A stretch of DNA of 64,000 bases from Syncephalis fuscata S228. Lineage: Eukaryota > Fungi > Zoopagomycota. Both the position numbers and the translations under genes were made by a program. Positions 1 through 11,389 of the stretch are shown piece by piece (positions within the stretch are counted from its first letter, which is position 1; each line of letters starts with the position of its first letter). The stretch spans positions 1 to 64,000 of the forward strand of contig JAHLTZ010000049.1 of assembly GCA_025786725.1 (NCBI GenBank), given 5' to 3'. The notes under the pieces were generated by a model. It searched no databases and was not told the origin of the DNA. It saw only the letters and a program-made list of their open reading frames with translations.

Positions 1-449
1 TGTAGATTACTACTATTGCTATTAAAATAATAACACTATATAACGACAAGTATTTAGGCGTCATATCTTTGCAATAGTTGTTTTTTGTTAGTAATTAGTG
101 TTGACATTTGATAGATAGATAGATATTATTATTGTAATTGTTCACCTGTGATTGTTTTTGATAATATGATAGTTTTTTAGGCGTGCTAGCACAGCAGTAT
201 GGCCATAATATTGGAATGTAAGAATATGGCATTGTAAAAACGTAATATCTTTACTTGTATTAGCTTAAAATGCTAATAAAACGCTATTTATAAGTTTAAA
301 AACGAAAATGCTGATTGGATGCTGTGAAATTATGCAGCGATATTAAAAAGTGATTCTAGTGTAATTAGATGGTAAAAGACAATAGCGGAGCTAATAATTA
401 ATTAATTAATAAGCGTTACTAAGATTATTTATGATTTTGCGTAAAATGA

Positions 450-730
450 GACTGATTGCTTGACATTTTGTACAAGCATGCATATAGCATACATGGAACT
501 ATCGACAAAATATATTGCAATTGTATTGCTTTATGGGACAATGAGTGTGCTAATGCGTTAATAAATGTGCAAAATAGTAGGCTTTTACTGTTTATGGCTT
601 GTATAACTAAAATATAGCAAAACGATTGCCGGATTCAAGTTCTCCATGCTTAAATAAACCGTTTATTATGGCTTGTAGAATAATGATTTTTGCAACAAAA
701 GTTGGCCAAAAATGAGTATTTGAAAGAATT
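450..730 (+). repeat. Single diverged arm of the foldback element family seen at 30997-31788
   Basis: Shares ...taataaatgtgcaaaa...ttatggcttgtataa...aaaacgattgccggattcaagttctccatgctt...aatgatttttgcaa... with 31020-31290. Confidence 0.75.
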
Positions 731-908
731 AGTAAGTATAATAAAGCCATTTGCTACCAAAAAACTACTCGGTATCATAATCCATGTCTATCGGCAATAA
801 TTTAAACAAATAGTAGCATTCTTTGCTTCTTTATATTTATAGTTAGAAATGATATTACAGATTATAAAATGTTTATCTTAGATAGCCATATCATTTATTA
901 TAAAAATG

Positions 909-1448
909 TTAGTGCTTGTAGCCTAATAATGCCATCTCTACGGCAGCCGAGCCCCAGTCGGCACCGTGGTTATGGCCATCGCTGGTCAAGCCGGCGCGTG
1001 CTTGTGCTTGTTCATCTGTCAAGCACGTAAGAATGCCAAAGATGACCGGAACACCCGTATCGAGTCCGACGCGCATCAAGCCTTGAGTGGCCGCGTCGGC
1101 AATGTATTCAAAGTGCATTGTTTGCCCTTTAATAAGGACGCCAATAGAAATAACGGCATCGTACGCGTATGACGTAGTGGTCATTGCTCGAGGAGCGCCG
1201 CTATGTTTGGATATCACCAATAGTCGGTTAGTGGCAAATGGCAGCTCATAGGAGCCCGGCACCGAGTGCAGTGTAATATTATTACGCTCCACATGATGAC
1301 GTTCAACTAGAGCCTTAATGGCACCGTTCACAAGTTCATTAACAATGTTGGCATTCCAACGGGTATGGACGATTAAAATACGTAATTTGCTTCCGTCGAT
1401 GGGATTCTCGGGTGCCGATAATCCCTTACTGAAATCTTTAGTAGCCAT
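909..1448 (-). CDS. RIB4: 6,7-dimethyl-8-ribityllumazine synthase (riboflavin pathway), intronless
   Basis: Motifs IVHTRWN, VPGSYELP, IGVLIKGQTMHFEYI, PVIFGILT, HNHGADWG. Confidence 0.96.
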   Translation of the reverse strand: MATKDFSKGLSAPENPIDGSKLRILIVHTRWNANIVNELVNGAIKALVERHHVERNNITLHSVPGSYELPFATNRLLVISKHSGAPRAMTTTSYAYDAVISIGVLIKGQTMHFEYIADAATQGLMRVGLDTGVPVIFGILTCLTDEQAQARAGLTSDGHNHGADWGSAAVEMALLGYKH

Positions 1449-1928
1449 TGTAGAGATTTAACAACAAAGTGGATGAACAAGAAAGAGCTAAATAAAACGA
1501 TAAAGTGGCGGATGATACGTCATCTTTATTGAAACTAAACAGTTTCTATTAATACACTTTTTTCTAGATGACAGCATAACAACACTATATGTAACATGAT
1601 AGAGCAGTATAAAAGTGCTACTCATTACAGAAGATGCAATATTTGTCTCAATTAAATGAATGGCTAGCTTACTCTATTTAAATTAATAATTGTTTACTAT
1701 TATGATATAAATTAAATGTACGGTTAACTGTTAGTAAATATATAACATTTAAATTAGTCATATTTCAAGCATAAGCGTATAGAAAGATGACAGCTTTAAT
1801 TATCGATCATTTTTACACGTTATTAAGATTAATCAATAGACAACCAATATATTATTCACATAATATTGAACATTATACATGTGTGTCAGAAACAGTTTAT
1901 ATTTATGTAAAAATAATTAGATCCATTG

Positions 1929-4015
1929 CTATTCAAGCTGTGTATACGCTGTCTGTGCTTGACCACTTTGTCCGTCGAATGACAATAACAAAGTCTCGTG
2001 GCGATCTTTTTCACCACAAGTGTAGCGACGCTTGCGTGGACTGCTCCAATGTGCAGGTCTTTTATCTCCGGGATTAGGCGTTGATGCCAGGTTATCTTTT
2101 TCAAACTCTACCATCAGTTTTTGAAATGCTTCTTGAATTGCTTTAACCTAGTGTTACTGTTAGCACATTGTAGTGAATAACATTGCTATATGGCTGGCTG
2201 ACTGACTGACTGGCTGACTAGCTGATTAGCATTTTTATATGACTTACATGTTTTACGTCGCGTGCATAAACTCGCACAATTGTTTCTTCAAAGTTTTCTG
2301 GTGCCAAAAAGCTTACTTGTTCTCGCGGAATGTGGAATGCTAGCGATGATGTCAAATGTCGTCTACATTTGTTTAAATAATAACTTACGATTTTCTTGAT
2401 ATTTTGAATAAAATTTGATTGAATCTACCGGATTTTTACCTTTAAAGCCATAACCTACCGTTAGCCAATCGACAATAATATCGTCTGTTTTAATGCACGC
2501 ATATTCGCTTTGATGTGAACAAATTGCTTCTTCGTTAATCTTTCCCTATCTATAGTTATAGTTACTTGTTTGTATAAATAGTGCTATACTTACTCTTAAA
2601 CGAGCTATGTTCTCGGCGGGAATCATACGCTCTTCTACAAATCGATATAGCTGCCGTTGACGGACACGACGAATAACTGCTCGTGCAGGTGCAAGCTCCT
2701 ATAAATAAATCAACAAATGATCGTTACATGTGTATCAGCAGACCTACGTCTCCAGTAGAGAATTCGATATTCTTAAGTACATGATCCGTTAGTTTTAAAT
2801 AGTCTTCGGGTCTATCAATTGCATCCGATAGTTTCAGATATGGATCAGCTAATAGCAATGCATCTGTAATCATGTGTTCTATGGCACACGCTATATTATT
2901 GTAAGTAATGGCTATAATTGTTTGTATATTCCTACCAACTCGATGCGTGTAAATTCGCTTAAAAAGACTGTAACGTGTATTGAATAGTTCGTATAAGTTA
3001 TACACTTCCTTGTGATAATAACATATTTGATTGTCAAGTACTCGACTGAACTGCATCAATCTACACCAAATTAAATAGAATCTATAAGATAACCACTGAT
3101 CTTACCTAGAACTGTCATAGCTTATAGACTCTCCCAAGTTATAGCAATCACGTGCAATATAGTCAAACTTATCCACGTCAACCGAGTTTCTCTTATTGGC
3201 AACAATATCGAATAAAAACTTTTTATCATCTCGTCCACTATTTAGATAGTCGATTGACCAATAAGTGACAGTTTAGTAACAGCAACACGCTTCACCTACC
3301 TGCCAAAGAATGGTTCACCGCGGATTAAATCCTTAATAAACCTTACCTCATCTGATTCCAAATCAATATTATTATCATCGATCAAGTAGTCTAGCATCAT
3401 TTCACTAGCCGTCTCATGCTTCCAGGCCACATTTGGCCTATTAAATCGGTTATCTACCGTAGTTATCACATCTATAACTATTACCTTGCTTTTGGAATGA
3501 AAACGCTATCAAACATATGGCTAAATGGACCATGGCCTACACTCGTTAAATATACCTTCACTTTACCTACTGGCATTTAAGTAAATACCTAGATCGTGGC
3601 AGAGGCCAGCAATTTGGACACATCGTATATCGGAATCGTTAATCTCCAACTCGGGCTGATTATGTCGAAATGATGCCACCAGATTTCCAGCCAAATACGA
3701 GACACCTGCATAGCCCAATTCGTTGTATTACTATTTCAGTCTATTCGTTTATGCAATAAATATTACCAATAGAGTGCTCAAATCGACAATGGCTTGCCCC
3801 GGGAAACACGTAATATGAAGCACCCATTTGTTTAAGGTCGCGTAATCGTTGAAATTGTACCGTGTCTATAATCTCGAGACATATTTCATTCATATGAATG
3901 TAGCCCTGGACATATCGTTTAGTTATTGTGTATATGAATACCTTTTGTTTCCTACATGCACAGGATCGGCAATCACTTTTTCAGAAAGCTGATGTGAAGC
4001 CTGAAAACGGGTCAT
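1929..4015 (-). CDS. SAMHD1-like HD-domain dNTP triphosphohydrolase, multi-exon
   Basis: Spliced exons give [68 protein letters not shown] and [11 protein letters not shown], separated by GT-AG introns. The 3' end is taken from ORF 1929-2114. Confidence 0.92.
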
Positions 4016-4939
4016 TGTGTTGCTAGCTGCTGACTTTAACGGAGAAAACAAATAGAAATGACAAATAAAAGCGTAGTTTTTTATAGTAATATATATATAT
4101 ATAAACTCAGAAACAACAATAAAAAACGTATATATTGTTTACTCAAGTAGCAAGTTGAATGGAAAGGTGACGGATAGAATGGGCTTGAACACAATTACAG
4201 CGTTTCCTTTTAAATGTCGTATTAGTAATACCACATGAGACATGGTAGTACGAACACATAATAGCCATTGTTGCAAGAAATGTAAACGGGCTTACTATAG
4301 TAGTTGTATAAATGGTATGCTACTCAATCCTTAAACTCAATGATATTTTATTACAGCAATATGACTTTTATTTAACAACGCTATGTATGTCTGGCTTATA
4401 GCTACATTTTAGTAGAAATAGGAAACAGAACTAGAAAAGTAATAAATATACAATTCATACTAGATCATGTCTTTGGCGATGATTATATTACAGTGTAGCA
4501 TCACTTAATTATCATATATGACATGAGAAAATCAGCGCACTGACCATCAAACTAAATGTTTTCAATATAGCTATTAATAAATTACAGAAATTAAAGCAAC
4601 ATGTTTTTTTTGGAATAACAGGATATGAAAGTACAATCATAATAGTGATTTATGTTCATACATATATATATTAATCATTCCAGTTGCTTCAGTCCTGAGT
4701 GCTTCATGGGCCGATGGCAGATCTGATCTCGCATATAATTCTGCTAATAAGATTTATAGAAAAAGCGGAAACGATACTTTTTTGGATATGCTAATAATAG
4801 TACTTATAAGTTGAGTTTGGTATATCGTTTTAACGGATTTAAACCCATGGTATTTTTTACTCTTTAGAACAAAAGGGATTACAGCTACATACACAAATAG
4901 CACAAGGCAAAAATGAATGTATAGCTATGCAGAAAAACA

Positions 4940-5200
4940 TTATTACCAAATAGCTCTGGACATTTGTCAATTGGGTAGGAAAGCAGACCATCAATGGTCA
5001 TTTCAACAATAGACACCATGATGTGAAGTATCTATGAAAATTTAAATGCAAGCGTTGAATGAGTATTTAGTTTTTTGCATTTACAATCTTGTTATTTACC
5101 TTGCTTTATTACATTGGTGCTTTTGTCTATTATAATTTTCACCATGCCAATATTGCCGTTACTGAAATCTGCCAAGTCTTGAAGCATCAATAGTTACTCA
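4940..5200 (-). pseudogene. Degenerate MFS (ZIFL/YCR023C-like) transporter fragment
   Basis: Two exon-like pieces translate as LADFSNGNIGMVKIII and GLLSYPIDKCPELF, resembling the conserved NGNIGV and GGLLSxP...PxLF segments. Stops occur nearby and there is no full ORF. Confidence 0.35.
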
Positions 5201-7387
5201 CAGTGTCGAAATCCAGATTTAATCATGCAAAAATTCTACTAAATATGTTGCCTAGTAAAACTAAACGCTACCTAATACAATTAAATAAGCAGTGCTAATA
5301 CTTTTACAATTGAAAACTAATCAAAGAACATATGTATTGGCGATTATAAATTTCATAAATTAGTTGAAATGCACGTTTACAATTTTTTGCAACCAATTTC
5401 ATTTAAATTATTTGAAAGTTAAATGTCGTAGCAATATTAAAAGATTTTCAGCGTTTTATATTGGTTTATTGCAAATATGTACATGTAAAAGTTATTATTA
5501 ATATTAAAAATGACTGCATTGAAAGTGGGCTAAGGCTTTAGACAATGCGGCAAGAACAACTAACTGTGTGACGTTTATTTGTGTTAAAAAACAAAGACAT
5601 CGTTTGGCATTGAAAATATTCAAAATTGTTTTGAATCTCCGGTTGCAACAAAACATGCAACATTTTTGTAATAAATAATCAACAACGAGAAAAATGTTCA
5701 CGGGTGCAGATAATAGTATGTGGCTCAAACAAGTTTTTGCTTAATGCATGGGTGATACAAGTATAACAAAGTCCTTTGTTTAACAATATCAGCTGCAATA
5801 TTATACATTCTTGTGTAAATAGGCGGAACACGATAAACGCGTTACATACACAAATCAAAATCAATTGTATTTCTAAAAAGGGGCAAATAGCAACTATTCA
5901 GCATTGTATTCTACAACACTTGCTTGGAAAGGATAGACGTTTAGCCGATTTGCATCCGCTAACCAGTATTGGTTGTAGTTTTTGATTTGTCAAACAGGTG
6001 GACTGGTTGTCCTTCGGAGACCAGTCGTATCTGGTAGCAGTCACGTCATGCGTTATCTCAAAGGGTTAACAGGTGGCCCGTTCACTGGTTATTACGGCGA
6101 TAATGGCCTTATTTCATGCTGTAATGCAAGCATACAATATAATATGCGATGTAACTTCATTGTAATGGAATTCAGATACATTGAATACTTACTCGAAACC
6201 TCCTGAAATGGAAACTAGAGCCATAAAGTCGCCATATTGTCAATTCTGGAAGGATGGCCATCGTGCCCACTAGACTCATTAATACCGGTTTGCCTGCCAA
6301 CCATGACGTATATGGCGTGCCACTGCAATGTATATGGGTAGAGTCGATGGCTCCTTGGCTGCATGTCAATCCGTCCGTTTTTTGCATTACCAAGGGCCGC
6401 ATGAGTGGGTACGGCTATTCTTTTTCCATTGCCAAGCGTTTGTTGTATCGGTTCCCTGTCTGATTGGTTGGATGATAAGCTAATTGTTTAAAAAATCTTG
6501 TTACTGCTGTAGCACAGCATCTAATGTTAGCATTTCATACAATAAATTTGCAAAAGTGCGATACATAACAATGATTTCCATGCCAATCTGCATCACACTG
6601 TCTTTGCTGGCACGAGCTAGACTTTCACTCACGTGTTCTGTAACAACATTTCACCGCCGTTTTCTGGTATTCTGAAAAATTGCAGAGCTTTGTCTGTTGT
6701 GTTACCAGCACGCTTGCCTTTTGAACATTCCACCTTAATGCTGTTTTATGGCCTATGTTGATCACATGAATCAGACGGAACAAAGAGATGACCGTCGGGG
6801 TCGTGCCAATTGCTTCTAAAATGGGACTTGCTGTTGACGCCTTCATGCGCAGATCCATAGACACATAGTGCACATTCCACCACCTTGGCAAAGAGTAAAG
6901 CAGCAAATTGGTAATTTCGCGTTGGTTGCTGTCAACACGGGTACCATTACTGTCGGCATATGCGGCCACCCCATGGCATGACGACTAATCGTATTTGAAA
7001 CTCTAGGGTAGCGTTACAATCCCAGTCATATGCCACATTCTGGACCAAGTTTAATTGGGCCGGCCAGCCGTTGTACCAATACTGAGTAGCTCATACAGCG
7101 AAATTTTATGCACAATGTCCGCCCAGAAAACCGGCAGATTCATTGTGCCACAGTGTATGGTTCAGGTCCATCGCAGCAATGTTAGAGCCCAGCGCTTCCG
7201 TTTTAGCCGATGTCTACCGACCTAGAATACCTATAAATTCAATGCGAGCCTGCACCTTAGTGTGGCTTCTGTAGTCAATTGTCCTGTGCCAGATTTATTT
7301 TTTATTGTATCTATTTTCAATTTTGTTCTACTCTGAGTAGTTTTTCTATAAAAAATATATCGTCATCGAATCTACTAGCAATACACC

Positions 7388-8236
7388 ATGTCTTTCGACG
7401 GGCAAATGACAACAGGGAGTAGTGGCGGTAAGTAAATGGCGTTTATACTTTTATCTTATTTGTTAATATGACTCATTCTCGTAGACTGTCCAACTATTGA
7501 TAGTCGCTGGATTGAGGTGTTTCAGCAATATCTGAACGTTAGCGGAATCCCCCATATTGATCCATATTTGTTGGTACAGCACGTACTAGCACAGCTTCAA
7601 ATAAATGCCACTACAAATCCCGAAAAACTAGCAGAAAGTTTGTTACTTCAAGATTATAATTCAAGTAGCGAAAATTATTATGGAGAGCTGAATCTGACTA
7701 ACCGTAACATCAGTACGATACTTGAACAGCAATGTCTGCCGAATAGTAAGTTAGTAAATAGTTATATAAAATTATTAACGTAATAAAAGATAATTACAAA
7801 AAAATCATCTTCTCTAGAACAAGCTCAACAAATGCAGCTTCAATATCAACACTATCAACAACAACAACAACAACAGTTGCAGCAACAGCAACAACAAGTT
7901 CAACTCCAACAGCAAGGACAACAAACACAACAGTTACAATTACATCAGCAGCAGCAACGGCAGCAACAGCAATTACAATTACAGCAGTCGCAATCGCGTT
8001 CTATGCGCCGTCGAGTAACACACGTACCTTCAAAACCTCCAAATGCATTCATTATATTTCGCAGGGAGCGTGCCATAGCCATGAGAAATGAAGATCCAAA
8101 GATAAAAAATGGTGAGATTTCAAAACTGACCGGAAAAGAATGGCGCGAGGCTAGTCCAGTTCTTAAGGATGCCTATAGGCGCAAAGCAGAAACATTAAAC
8201 GTGATACCGTGGCCGTGGTTAATATTGATTTACTAG
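7388..8236 (+). CDS. MATA/SexP-SexM-type HMG-box transcription factor with poly-Q tract
   Basis: Exons 7388-7427, 7485-7745 and 7818-8236 splice in frame. HMG box: HVPSKPPNAFIIFRRE...PKIKNGEISKLTGKEWREASPVLKDAYRRKAE. The exact 3' end is uncertain. Confidence 0.88.
7832..7990 (+). repeat. CAA/CAG poly-glutamine tract
   Basis: About 50 codons, mostly Gln, directly before the HMG box. Confidence 0.9.
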
Positions 8237-8581
8237 CATCTTCGCTTTAAGCATCGATGCCGGGCTAATTATTGGTTATAGCGTATATTTACCTATCTTA
8301 CAGTCGGCAATCCTTTATGTGATTGCTATTGAAGCATGTTTGCTTTCAACTGTTGCTTAATGGTGTTGCGGCACCAGATTAGCACTTTTTGGGCTTGATT
8401 TTTTGTTATTATTAGTATACTGTTGTTTTTAAATTTATATATCATGGTAAATAATGAGTATTCCTGAATAAACTAGACACTTATAAGTTTATTTTACTAA
8501 TTCAACGTGTATTGATTAATATTACAGCTATTGTACTACAATGTCGTTTGTTTAATAATAAAAATGATTTTTAACTGTTTA

Positions 8582-9791
8582 TTATAATTTAGCACGATTG
8601 CCTTGATTAATAAAACGAGAAGTTGGTCCCTGAAATTCACGACTGTTTAAAACTTTAATACCAAATGCTACTTCGGTAGCCAATGCCGATTCAAGCGAGT
8701 CGGCATGAGCAGTCATATGAACAGATTGTAAATCCCCTCGCATGCATAGCTGCGGATGAGCACATAACTCGCGCGCCAATAATAGAGCACCATCGAAAGC
8801 AGTTGTAGAAGACATCCGATTTGCTAGACGCAACTGGATGGCTTCTTTGGCCTGAACCTCGCGCCTGTTTAGCAAACCAATTAGTGTTACCTGTGCCATG
8901 GATGGCTAGTAATCCTGTTTTTCTTTACCCTGTAAGAATCATATCCAGTGCAGCACTTTCCCCAATAAGTCGAGGTAATCTAGTATTTTGATATTGCTAC
9001 AGTTATAGTGGCCAATCACTAATGTTTATGCGCTACCTCACCTTATTGTGCCGCCATCAATCAATGGAACGCCACGACGCCGACAAAACACGCCAAAAAC
9101 AGCCGACTGATCAATAACGCGTAAATCGCACCAGCAGGCCAATTCGAGTCCACCGGCAACTGCATAGCCTAGTTTAACGAACTAGAAACATTAGAGCTGT
9201 TCAATAACACTAAAATGGAGCGCACCAGAGATGGCAGCGATGACCGGCTTAGACAGCTGCATTCGTGTTGGGCTAAAACAAAATATAGCAATGTTAGCAG
9301 CACTGATTGTTGTGAATTGGCGGTATAGGCGCAGCTTACCCCATTGGTCCATCATCTTTCATGTTGGTGGAGACTAGATTACTACGATGGCCACCCTCCA
9401 ACACAGCACTTAAATCTAGATTATTGACAATAGTGTTAGCTATACAGCAACATGAATAAGTAACAATGGCCATACCTGCACCAGCACAAAAGTTGCCACC
9501 TAGTACGTGTTTAATACATCAAATATTGCTACTTTATACATCACGGAACTTGCCTGCCCCGGTAAGAATGGCAACATCAGACTAGAAAATAATTTAATTA
9601 ATAGTCTGATACAGTGCTATAGACACGACAATACTAGTTACCTCGGCATCTTGGTCAAAGTTTCGAAATGCAACAGTTAGTGCCTTGGCCGTTGGTCGGT
9701 CAACGCAATTACGTTTATTTGGGCGGTTAATGGTTATCACGGTTACCCGTTCAACTTTATGTACAAGTACTAATGGCTCGCCGCTACTCAT
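8582..9791 (-). CDS. Enoyl-CoA hydratase/isomerase (crotonase) family protein, multi-exon
   Basis: ITINRPNKRNCVD, GGNFCAGADL, GPMGPTRMQLSKPVIAAISGYAVAGGLELACWCDLRV, FGVFCRRRGVPLIDGGTIRLPRLIG. Includes one GC-AG intron (9553-9500). Confidence 0.92.
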
Positions 9792-10059
9792 ATTGTGCAA
9801 TAAAAAAACTGATACGTCAGCCAGCTAGTCCATCTAGCTCTTGGTCCTTTATTAGTAATCCGGTCACACATAACGGCATTGTTGTTCCGTTCTATATATA
9901 AATATAGAATTTAATCTGAGATACCAACAGAGACAGCGTTAATTATATTCTTTAGAGTATTATTAAATAAATAATTTTTAGTGGTTAAATAACCTTTATT
10001 TTTTAGTACATTCTATATTATACCGACTTGGTGGTGCGATCAACGTTTGTTATCTACGT

Positions 10060-10990
10060 TCCATTTATTACTAAATTAAACTCGCGTCTTTATAAATATT
10101 GACTGGCAGGGATCATAGTTCACAATCTACGTCATCACATTTTCTTTCTCTTTCTTTACACTTGACAGCATATATCCATTGCATATACTTGTACACTCCA
10201 TATATACTAATTAGATAGTGTCAGTAGTTAGTCAGCTACTAGTCAACTACAAACACTATTTACACTATGTACTTGCATTGCTTTTTTATATTTACCTTCA
10301 TCACTCTGATAATTGTTTTTGACAACTTCTTTGACACGATAAGTACATTCTGGCTTTTTTTATGTTATATTGAATATATAACTGTCAAAAGCTCGCTGTA
10401 TACTTTGTTTTTGCTATGGACTGTCATTGCGGGTTATTTGACAATAACCTTCAATCTCAACAGTGATAGTGTGTTTTGCTGCTGTCGAGACTGTACACAC
10501 TGAGGTCAAAACAATTTGCAGTAGCAATCTATGGCAGGCAAAACATACAGTGGCCTTGGTGGCATGTAGTCACCAGTTACTGCGTACATCTGCTGTACAC
10601 ATACAGTAGTAATAGTATAGAAAGCACTGCTATTATAGTCACAGAATAAGTTTTTAGTGTTGGTGCAGTAGTGTGATTTACCACTCCTACCACTGCCATA
10701 TATGCACAGCTACTGCACGATGACTATATTGCTTATATACTTTGTTAACTTTCCAACAATAGAATGATATGCAATAATAAATATAAAATAGTAATGACAT
10801 GTATGAATAGAGGATATATGCATACTGGATAATAATCTACAATGATGAGTATTTTGATAATTGGTGTCATTCACCACTCATCACCATGTTCAATAGACTG
10901 AACATTATTAAATGTAGCCATTTGACCATCAAGCTACATTAAATATTTATAGAAATAAAGTTTATTCTTGACCATTAATATAGACTGTAT
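10060..10990 (+). repeat. Longest copy of a dispersed non-coding repeat family (probable non-autonomous element)
   Basis: Core tttataaatattgact...cacaatctacgtcatcacattttc...acacttgacagcatatatc recurs at ~27020, ~32350 and (reversed) ~40100-40240. The 3' half recurs reversed at 15657-16173 and at ~25990-26200. Confidence 0.85.
10422..10931 (+). repeat. Left arm of ~510-bp inverted repeat enclosing SLA2
   Basis: Reverse complement of 15657-16173 with only scattered substitutions and small indels. Confidence 0.92.
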
Positions 10991-11389
10991 TTATTGTGAA
11001 TTGTTGTAATGGCAATTTGTTAATTACTTTGTTACGTATAGTATCCAGCCTAGGATATTGCCATTTAAAAACGAATTGGATTCAGTGCAAGCGCTATTCA
11101 AATCTGTTTAATCCAAGTCTATCTGATTCTTGCATGCTCCTTGACTCTTGGCCTATTTGCACGCTGTCACGTCGATCGTTCTACGCTCTTGTCTTCAACT
11201 GTACCTATCTTTCATCTTTACACTGCTGTCATTCACTAGCTACTTTACCGGATAAGACTCTATCTCGACCGGTAGGCATTTCCTGTGTTTGTCCACGTCC
11301 ATGGTCAGCTAACAATCAACCATTATAACACTTGACGGATTGCGTATATCATATATATAGAAATATAATACCGATAGGCCATTTCAACT

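Noticed and set aside
10267-10503. Short ORFs within the dispersed repeat (also 15947-16265, 27293-27589)
   Set aside because: Frames are not conserved between repeat copies, so they are treated as spurious.
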